Made by a program: the position numbers and the translations under genes
In this document: in pieces, positions 23,563 to 32,000 of the stretch
Layout: every line of letters starts with the position of its first letter
How positions within the stretch are numbered: the first letter of the stretch is position 1
DNA from: Mycobacterium leprae TN
Lineage (GTDB): Bacteria > Actinomycetota > Actinomycetes > Mycobacteriales > Mycobacteriaceae
Reading direction: 5' to 3'
NCBI RefSeq assembly: GCF_000195855.1
Contig: NC_002677.1
Location: forward strand, 1,830,001-1,862,000
Length of the DNA: 32,000 nt
The notes under the pieces: model-generated
Told to the model about the DNA's origin: nothing
What the model saw: only the letters and a program-made list of their open reading frames with translations
Database searches by the model: none

Positions 23563-24764
23563 TGCCCTGCAAACAAGCTCGCTGAGCCTTCCCGCCCCTG
23601 TCCCACCGGCAGCACCAGCTCATCATGGTCGCTTAACTCTCGGCTAGGCACGACCAATACGGGCCGGGTAGCCGGCGCCGGCAGGCTAGCACGCACCGCA
23701 GCTAACTGACGGCCGGTCAGTTGGTTGAGTCCTCTACATGCCTCCTTGGACAATCGTGTCTCGCTATGATGACGCACCCACGCCGACAGCCGGGTTTGAC
23801 AACTACGACTGGCGAGACGGATCGTGATCACGGTGGCCTTAATGTCGGGGAGGTCAGACAGCCACAGCTCATTCAGTGTTTCGGAATCGATGTCTGACGG
23901 CGTCACCCAGAAACTAGTCGCGAATCCATTGACGTACTTGATATGGCGCCATCCCGGGTAGCTCCACGTTGGCTCCAGATCGGCCAGCACAGCACTGTCA
24001 ACCTCGGCCAGCTCACCAGCGGCCAATGGCCGGGCCGCACAGTTTTGTCCGTCGAGATCTTGGGCAAGTCGCTCAGTAGCTGCCACCAACGTCGAAGCCA
24101 GCGAATCCCGGGCAGCCACCGCGACAACGTTGTGCTGCGGATTCATCCGCAACACCAGCCAGGTACAGCGCTGATAGGTTGGCGGGCAAGCACACACCAG
24201 CCCCCACTCTTCGGACCCCCAGTTGTCGAGTGCTGAAAATTTGGCCGCATTGCCGCCGCGGCGTATCTTCACCGAGACAATGTCGATACTATCGAGGCGG
24301 ATATCGAACTGTCGCAACCCATCGGCAACAGCTTGTACCGGCAAACCTGCCGGCGTTGTTCGATGCCTATGTCGCCCCACTGGGTCGTCTTCGCCATCGT
24401 CCACCGCGATCACCGTGACGAGCCGGCCTTTGTACTCACGCACCCCAACCACGTCGCGTCCGAAGCGGCGCTGATGATCGATCGCGGGCGTACACCCCGC
24501 CGCTAGTGCGGCACGCGGATCGGCAAAACAATCCCATACCCACGTGGCCAAACCGGACATCAGCGTGATTCCATGGTAGCTGACCAACACCAGCACCATG
24601 ACCACGACGGTGATTCCAACACCTACACACCACGCGACATGATGACCGGCCTGCCATAACTCTGGGACATGGCTCGCCAACACGAGGACGACAATAGCGA
24701 CCACAAATACTGTCGTGACACGCGACCACGACAAAGCCAACCCCAACCTGCGCTGAGCCTTCAT
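23559..24764 (-). CDS. eccE5: ESX-5 secretion protein EccE5
   Basis: '[22 protein letters not shown]...[31 protein letters not shown]...[33 protein letters not shown]'. The start at 24764 is chosen over the long upstream extension that overlaps mycP5. Confidence 0.94.
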   Translation of the reverse strand: MKAQRRLGLALSWSRVTTVFVVAIVVLVLASHVPELWQAGHHVAWCVGVGITVVVMVLVLVSYHGITLMSGLATWVWDCFADPRAALAAGCTPAIDHQRRFGRDVVGVREYKGRLVTVIAVDDGEDDPVGRHRHRTTPAGLPVQAVADGLRQFDIRLDSIDIVSVKIRRGGNAAKFSALDNWGSEEWGLVCACPPTYQRCTWLVLRMNPQHNVVAVAARDSLASTLVAATERLAQDLDGQNCAARPLAAGELAEVDSAVLADLEPTWSYPGWRHIKYVNGFATSFWVTPSDIDSETLNELWLSDLPDIKATVITIRLASRSCQTRLSAWVRHHSETRLSKEACRGLNQLTGRQLAAVRASLPAPATRPVLVVPSRELSDHDELVLPVGQGREGSASLFAGQ

Positions 24765-24784
24765 TATTTTCCCGCCTTGATCGG

Positions 24785-26548
24785 CTACTTTTGCGTTCGC
24801 CGCACCAGCATCGCTGTACCGAACGCCGCAGCGCCTATCAGTACTGCTGTGGTCAGTCCTCCGGCGGCCACCCACACAGGCACCATATCGCGGTGGGCAG
24901 GCAGCTTGGGGAGGTTCAGCGGTGACGACAACTGCGGCGGCGGCTTTGCCGGGCCCTCGGGTACATCCCACGTAAGTGCGGCCAACGGGTCGACAATGCC
25001 ATAGCCGACCTGGTTATCCACACCGCGAGCAGGCGACCTGGCCGTGTGAATCAACCGGTTTATCACCTGGTACGCCGTGAGCTGAGGATATCTCCCGCGC
25101 ACGAGCGCGGCCACCCCTGACACAATCGCGGCCGAAAAACTGGTACCAGTCGGCACCAGCAACGTGTTATCTGGACCGTCAATCGCATTGATCAGGCTAT
25201 CATCACGCGGTGAAAGGCCGATGATGTCGGTTCCCGGAGCCGCGATCGATACCCACGGTCCAGCGATGCTCGTTTGGGTCAACGGCTGGCCATGCGAATC
25301 GACTGCACCGACAGTCAGCACATACTCGCTGAACCAGGAAGGCGTGACCACTGTATTAACGCCGTTCCAGCCGCGGGGGTCATTCGGCTGCAAAGGATCA
25401 AACAGCGGATTCTGCTTGCAGTTCTTCTTGCTGCTGTCGCCAGCAGCGGCAACGATGACAACGTTCTTATCGACCGCCGCATAGCGGACAGCCGCTCCCA
25501 GCGCGCGCTGATCGATAACATTGCGCGCACTCATGCACGTCACCTCGGAGATGTTGATCACTGTGGCGCCCATGTTGGCAGCATGCACTATTGCTCGCGC
25601 CATTGTCTGAATGTAGTGAATTGTTTGCGATGTCTGCGGATCTGCATCGCCGGTGTACAGGTCCTTAAAGCCAAAGGCCTGGCTTGACTGGCGTATTGAG
25701 AGGATGTCAACATCTGAGGCGATCCCTGCATAGGCATCGGGGCGCGACGTAGGAGCTAGCGGGGATGATGGTTGATTCGGCACTGGGGCGCGTGGGCTCG
25801 AGTTGGCTGGGTTGTCGATGGCAATTACCTGTCGGCCGCCCAAGTAGTTGGATATTGTCACGGTGCTACCATCCCACCTGCCTGACGAAGCATGCTGGCC
25901 AGATTGCAGTGGTGGCGGCACACCCGGAGGCGACAGACCCTCTTCCGGGGGCGGCGGGACCGGAATGACCGTGACGGTCTGAGGTAGTGGCGACAAGGTC
26001 ACAGTCTGCGGCGGTGGCGACTTCTCAGTGGTGGGAATAGGGACAGGCTTGCGCGGTGCCGCGGGCACCGGTGCGCCGGTCGCCGGCGCCGCGCCGATCA
26101 TTGACGCCACGATGGTGCCGTGGGCGTCGCAATCTGACAGCCCATCGCCCCCAGCCATCACATAGTCGCCACCGGCGATCAGATGCGGGAGCCTGGGGTG
26201 CGGAGTCACACCGGTATCGATGACGGCTATCTTCTGCCCACCACCACGACCGAATTCCCATGCATCGAACATGTTCAGCATGTCCATATACTTTGGCAGC
26301 AGCCGAAAGTCAGTTTCGGGCAGCACCCCAACCTCGGTGCAGTAAGAGTACTGTTTCATCGGTGTGGCCGGTCCGGGAGGACCGTCTGGCGGCACCGCAC
26401 CTGGATCAATCTTCGGGGGTGAAATCGCATACGCTGGTGGCAGGCCAGCAAATGCTCCCGAGGTAAGTAACGCTAGTGCGACGAACACGCGAGACGAGCA
26501 ACCGCCTCGCGCCCTCTTACTACCGGTACCGGATCGCGGTATAGACAT
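24785..26548 (-). CDS. mycP5: ESX-5 mycosin, membrane-anchored subtilisin-like protease MycP5
   Basis: Signal peptide; catalytic Asp '[12 protein letters not shown]', His '[10 protein letters not shown]', Ser '[18 protein letters not shown]'; C-terminal TM '[25 protein letters not shown]'. Confidence 0.96.
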   Translation of the reverse strand: MSIPRSGTGSKRARGGCSSRVFVALALLTSGAFAGLPPAYAISPPKIDPGAVPPDGPPGPATPMKQYSYCTEVGVLPETDFRLLPKYMDMLNMFDAWEFGRGGGQKIAVIDTGVTPHPRLPHLIAGGDYVMAGGDGLSDCDAHGTIVASMIGAAPATGAPVPAAPRKPVPIPTTEKSPPPQTVTLSPLPQTVTVIPVPPPPEEGLSPPGVPPPLQSGQHASSGRWDGSTVTISNYLGGRQVIAIDNPANSSPRAPVPNQPSSPLAPTSRPDAYAGIASDVDILSIRQSSQAFGFKDLYTGDADPQTSQTIHYIQTMARAIVHAANMGATVINISEVTCMSARNVIDQRALGAAVRYAAVDKNVVIVAAAGDSSKKNCKQNPLFDPLQPNDPRGWNGVNTVVTPSWFSEYVLTVGAVDSHGQPLTQTSIAGPWVSIAAPGTDIIGLSPRDDSLINAIDGPDNTLLVPTGTSFSAAIVSGVAALVRGRYPQLTAYQVINRLIHTARSPARGVDNQVGYGIVDPLAALTWDVPEGPAKPPPQLSSPLNLPKLPAHRDMVPVWVAAGGLTTAVLIGAAAFGTAMLVRRTQK

Positions 26549-28031
26549 CCATCAACCACAATGCCAGGGGGAAAATAGGTACCAGGCACAAGTATTCGAT
26601 CCATTCCACAAGCTTGCGGAACAGCGGGCTATAGATCGTGTTAGGCACGACCGCCGCAGCTATCAGCCCTGCAGCAGGCAGCAGAACCAAGATTGCCGCC
26701 CCGATCGATACCGCCAACGGCGACGACAAAACCAGCGCGTACCGCACCACCACCGCAGCAACGATGAGTACCGCAGTCGCAGCCAACGTGATTGCTTGCC
26801 AGCGGTCGACATACGAGCGGCCCCGCAATAGTAGGAAACCGGAGGTAAACCCAGCTAGCAACAGCGGCAGCCAACGCTGCCCGACGTGGGGGTTGCTCAA
26901 TGCGGTAAGTGAAACCACCAGCAACACGCCCAGCCCCAGGAGTAAACCCGATAAATAAGACCGGGCACGTTCGGATTGCAGCAGCACATCGCGCACCGAC
27001 GCCGGCCCCTCCAAGACCGGCGGGCCTCCGTCGGAGCGCACCACCGTGTTAGGCAAATCGGGTCGCGCTTCAAACACCCACCGGCTGGTGGCCGATGGAA
27101 ACACCGGTAGCCGAATGCCGGCCAAACGGCGGGACAGAGCTGGTGCGCAATGGTAGAGCAGCACGCAGGCCAGCATTACGCAGGAAAGCAGCGTCACCGC
27201 GCTGGTCATCGCGACCATCCGTGCCAGGCTCGCGATCGCCACCACCACGGAAATGGTGATCATCGCAGTGTAAATACTGAGTTGACGACCGGTGAATCGC
27301 AAGGCCAACATCGCGGCAATCGCGAACACCCCGAAACCCATCACCGCGTGCGGGGACCCCAACGGACCAGGTGGCGCGGCCGCTGCGGCCGCAGTCACTG
27401 GCGCAATCCCACTCAGCAGCATGATGTCACCGGCGCGTCGATCTTCCCGGGTAGTGGCCCGCATCAGCACCAACGTGGACATCACCAATATCAGCAACGC
27501 AATCACTGTGGCGTAGATGACCGAAAGCCAAAAACCGTGGTGCCAACGCCACCAGACCAACAAAACTGACGAAGCCAACACACCTGTTGCCACCATCAAC
27601 GCGCCGACCTGCACAGCAACGATCGAGTCTATCGCGGCGAACCGCTTGCTGAGATTTGCCGAAACCGCAGTAGAGATATGCTCGATCACCTGCGATCGAC
27701 GCTCGGTGTCGGCGATGAACCGAATCCACAATCGGTCGCCGTCGTAGACATCTTGCTCGGTCAACGACTGGGTGGGCCACAACGGGGTGCCGTCAATCAG
27801 GCACAGTGCCCATCTGCCGCGCCCGGTAGGCTCAAGCGTTCCTTCGCCAAGCTCACACAGTCGACTGTTTATTACTTTGAGCAGTGGGTCGGTCATCACT
27901 GACACCGGGGCGTTGGCATCAAGCAAAACGCTGATCTGGGCCCCCTCGCCAGCCACGATTCCAACTACGACCACTCGGGGTGACGATGTGCCCTCGATGT
28001 CGGTCCGTGGCGCGTCAGCTACCGCCGTCAT
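26520..28031 (-). CDS. eccD5: ESX-5 membrane channel component EccD5
   Basis: Intact 503 aa ORF with ubiquitin-like N-domain followed by multiple TM helices: 'VSVMTDPLLKVINSRLCELGE...DGDRLWIRFIADTERRSQVIEHISTA...YSPLFRKLVEWIEYLCLVPIFPLALW'. Confidence 0.96.
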   Translation of the reverse strand: MTAVADAPRTDIEGTSSPRVVVVGIVAGEGAQISVLLDANAPVSVMTDPLLKVINSRLCELGEGTLEPTGRGRWALCLIDGTPLWPTQSLTEQDVYDGDRLWIRFIADTERRSQVIEHISTAVSANLSKRFAAIDSIVAVQVGALMVATGVLASSVLLVWWRWHHGFWLSVIYATVIALLILVMSTLVLMRATTREDRRAGDIMLLSGIAPVTAAAAAAPPGPLGSPHAVMGFGVFAIAAMLALRFTGRQLSIYTAMITISVVVAIASLARMVAMTSAVTLLSCVMLACVLLYHCAPALSRRLAGIRLPVFPSATSRWVFEARPDLPNTVVRSDGGPPVLEGPASVRDVLLQSERARSYLSGLLLGLGVLLVVSLTALSNPHVGQRWLPLLLAGFTSGFLLLRGRSYVDRWQAITLAATAVLIVAAVVVRYALVLSSPLAVSIGAAILVLLPAAGLIAAAVVPNTIYSPLFRKLVEWIEYLCLVPIFPLALWLMDVYTAIRYR

Positions 28032-28294
28032 CGTTCTGCACCCCCTGGTGTGGTGAATGTAGTATCCCGCACATCATGGTCGCGCGGGGGTGGCGCACCT
28101 GCACAAGCTAAAGCCCCGTGGCTCCCTGGGAGATGCAGCACGACCAATTCCGAACCCGTTTGCCTCGCGACTAGTGGTTATCGTCACAACACTTTTCGCT
28201 TTGCTGCCGATTATAAGACAGCATGGACGGTTTATATCTTGACCGCATACGTTTAGTCAAACACGACGCAGCATTTTACATTTCGCATTCGACA

Positions 28295-29197
28295 TCAGAC
28301 CCTGCTGTGAGTTTTCCAGTCGCCGTAAGGCAGTGTGTCCAACACAGTCTTCAGACCCAACTGCACTAGTTGTGGGGTAGCCGGGCAGATCGCTAACCAC
28401 GCATCACCCAAACCCGCTGTCCGTGCTTGTTGATAAATCGCAATACGCCCACTGGAACTGTCCTTTAACGATAGCACCGAGGCACTGGGGCCCTTGGCAT
28501 CGTCACGGTATTGACGCGCATACACCGCGGCCTCGGCCGCGGGGTCTGACAGCGCCTGGCCCAGCGCGGCCACCGTGGCGGCGCTGATGCCCATACGCCG
28601 TAGATCCCTGCCGGAGAACACGTTAAAGCCCGCGTCCTGCCACGACTTTGTCGCTTCCAGCATTTCTTCTAGAGGCACGTTGACCGCGTTAATCGCCGCA
28701 GGATCCGCGTGATGAATCGATTCCAAGCCATCCATCACTAGAGAAGTGATCGACGCGCTGTCCGCGATGGCGACGTCGTCAATGGTGATGTCGTTGCCAA
28801 CCCGAACCGCTGACGCCCAGTGCGAGCCACGACGGACCAACACCACCCGGAACTCGTTCTCGGGAATATCGCGCGAACCCGGTGGTTGGTTCTCGTCGTT
28901 GACCGCTCCGTAGAGCAATTTTCCCCGCGACAGCAAAGCGACAACTTCAAGGTCGGGTGCGGCGAACACCCGCATTCGAGTCGCGACATGCTCGTTCACA
29001 TTGCCGTTGACGACGATACCCTGCTCACGCATGACTGCCATCCCGGGATGTTCATGCAGCCAATCGTTGGAGTCGGTCGATACGAACGGCCTGCACCGCA
29101 GCTCCGGCGCGACATGTCGAATGTCCAAGAGCGCCTGGAGCAGCCAGAAACCATCAACGTTGACAGTGATATCGGTACGGGTGCTCTGATGGTCCAT
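28295..29197 (-). CDS. espG5: ESX-5 secretion-associated chaperone EspG5
   Basis: Intact 300 aa ORF 'MDHQSTRTDITVNVDGFWLLQALLDIRHVAPELRCRPFVSTDSNDWL...'. ATG at 29197; upstream TTG rejected. Confidence 0.96.
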   Translation of the reverse strand: MDHQSTRTDITVNVDGFWLLQALLDIRHVAPELRCRPFVSTDSNDWLHEHPGMAVMREQGIVVNGNVNEHVATRMRVFAAPDLEVVALLSRGKLLYGAVNDENQPPGSRDIPENEFRVVLVRRGSHWASAVRVGNDITIDDVAIADSASITSLVMDGLESIHHADPAAINAVNVPLEEMLEATKSWQDAGFNVFSGRDLRRMGISAATVAALGQALSDPAAEAAVYARQYRDDAKGPSASVLSLKDSSSGRIAIYQQARTAGLGDAWLAICPATPQLVQLGLKTVLDTLPYGDWKTHSRV

Positions 29198-29290
29198 CAA
29201 TAACCTCTATGGGGGTCGACATGGTCGGACATTGCAGAACGCAGGCAACACACCGACAGTCGGTGTGGCTGCCACGCATAAGGACGGGTG

Positions 29291-29400
29291 TTACGCGCAG
29301 TTGACACCAACACCACTATCAGTGCTACCCATGTTGATGCTGATCGTATCCACTCTCTGCCCATGGGCGTCGACATCGCCGAACTGGTAACTGAATCTAT
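29291..29400 (-). pseudogene. esxN: esxN fossil (WXG100 secreted protein) with internal deletion
   Basis: 'FSYQFGDVDAHG' (EsxN N-terminus) fused directly to 'QRVDTISINMGSTDSGVGVNCA*' (EsxN C-terminus '..AHGQKVQAAGNNMAQTDSAVGSSWA'), ending ~90 nt upstream of espG5. Confidence 0.85.
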
Positions 29401-29449
29401 CTTTTGGTATTCGCCTAACGGCTATGAAGGGTACGCAGCCACGCCTTTC

Positions 29450-29615
29450 CGCGCTAGTCGCCGAAGGCTTCCTCTTACTGCTTGTATGTTGTTGGTGAAA
29501 TGCCTGACTCATCTGCCCCATTGGGTCGTACAAAGGCACCTGAACAGCCTCACTTCATCATCCCACACCCGCAGTATTGCAGCGAAGACGCCTACATCTT
29601 GCGGGCCTCATCCTT
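29450..29615 (-). pseudogene. esxM: esxM fossil (WXG100 secreted protein)
   Basis: Minus strand '...gatgtaggcgtcttcgctgcaatactgcgggtgtggg...' and 'GTACGACCCAATGGGGCAGATGAGTCAGGCATTTCACCAAC' (DPMGQMSQAFHQ ~ DTMTQMNQAFRN) match esxM order. The esxM-esxN spacer motif 'GGCTGCGTAC' is also retained. Confidence 0.7.
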
Positions 29616-30606
29616 GACCGTATGGGTATGATCCTAAATCAGCTTACCATATCTTGCATAACGGCCAGGTAGGTCATAAAAACATACATGGTGCCATGTT
29701 GGCTGATGGACGGCGCTGTGGCCGAATCGATTACGAGTCACGCAACCACCGCCCCGAGTAATTTACCGATAGATCCCCTCCTTTGTAGTTTAGTTTCTTT
29801 CAGCCGGCGACCGCCGAGCGTTGTAACACGGTTAAACCGCAGGACGGACCCCGACCGTGGTGTCCGCGTTGACGAAATCCTCGTGGTTCTTCGAGACACG
29901 GTGGCTATCCGCTCATACGGAGCCGAGATTACCAACTGGCTGGGAGGTTGCCATGACGCCTACAGCTTGTGGCTGTCCTGCCCAATCCTCACTTGCCAGC
30001 CGGATTAGCCTGCAGCAGCCACATCGGCGGCCTCGGTAGTTGCCGTAAGAGACAGAATTGGTATTAAGTTTTTGTCACAAACTACTCATGAATTTGCTCT
30101 GTCAAAGCATTAACTTCCCGGTCCATCTGGACATGTGCAGAAGAGCACTTTTGTTGCCGGAAAATAAAATTTACAATGGCTTACTACATACACCCAAGCT
30201 AAATTAGGAAAATTGCAAAGTCATATACCATGACCCAAGCAAACCTACCATGCTTTCGGCGCCGAACGTAAACTACCGTCTGGCCTAGCCGAAAAATTCT
30301 GGTATGCCCAAACCAAAATACAAAAAAACTGCGGCTGGCGCTACTAATTTTCGATGTTGACAATCACTAGACGCTCGTTTTTCCTCAAATCCGTTCGGCG
30401 CTAACCGCGATCTACCATAGCTAATCCTTATCGAACATGCTAGCCACGAGACTCTAAGAGGAAAATAGGATTCGTAAAATAGTTATGCATGATATTCATG
30501 CGGAGCAAACGTTGTTAAATCGCTGTTAAATTTTCGAATAGACTCAACCAGAGCCACCTGCATAAAGCACCTAGCTTCCGTGTAAGCCGATCGGAGGCCA
30601 GTTCAT

Positions 30607-30802
<196 letters not shown>

Positions 30803-31009
30803 CGGTATCCTCCCTCACGCACGTCGGACAGACGCCAAATCCGACCATATTTGGCCAATACGTAGATTATGCGGTTGGGCAAGCAACGCGACGGCAGCTC
30901 GCCACCGCAAACCACTCACCAGCGTTACAAACCAGCAGCCAAGGCAGGACTCCCATACGACAGCATGAAAAAGCGGCCTCTGCTAGCAGAGAACAGACAA
31001 AAGAAAAAC

Positions 31010-32000
<991 letters not shown>

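Noticed and set aside
24765-24971. 69-codon N-terminal extension of the eccE5 ORF in the track
   Set aside because: It overlaps the mycP5 coding end. Similarity to EccE5 begins at MKAQRR (24764), so the upstream part is simply an open frame.
26364-26831. 155-aa + strand ORF opposite mycP5/eccD5
   Set aside because: Antisense shadow ORF without domain evidence.
24785-29197. Possibility of a novel secretion or protease system
   Set aside because: All components match the well-described ESX-5 type VII secretion locus in order and sequence.

Overview
The window looks like a Mycobacterium leprae-type chromosomal segment: a few intact genes separated by long stretches of decayed genes. Protein similarities are recalled from M. 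tuberculosis (Rv) orthologues. No database search was run.

Intact genes are dfrA, thyA, an FMN-reductase-like gene (Rv2771c-like), a membrane protein gene (Rv2772c-like), ald, and the ESX-5 type VII secretion genes espG5-eccD5-mycP5-eccE5-eccA5. dapB is intact except for an apparent 1-nt deletion near 11280.

An RLEP dispersed repeat (~18.15-18.83 kb) carries four published RLEP PCR primer sequences. It lies at a synteny junction between ald (Rv2780 side) and the ESX-5/PPE block (Rv1794-1800 side).

Readable pseudogenes:
- hsdM
- YcaQ-like winged-helix protein
- dienelactone hydrolase (Rv2765-like)
- two acyl-CoA dehydrogenases and an SDR (Rv2766c-like)
- PE protein
- acyl-CoA ligase
- 13E12/DUF222-HNH protein
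- ferredoxin-reductase-type oxidoreductase
- alpha/beta hydrolase
- PF10118 metal-dependent hydrolase (Rv2777c-like)
- aldR
- PPE protein
- esxM and esxN fossils
- ferredoxin (Rv1786-like)
- CYP143

I found no convincing new biological system. The most interesting observations are the dapB frameshift, the esxN fossil with its centre deleted at an AHG-coding micro-repeat beside an intact espG5, and decay of aldR next to intact ald.
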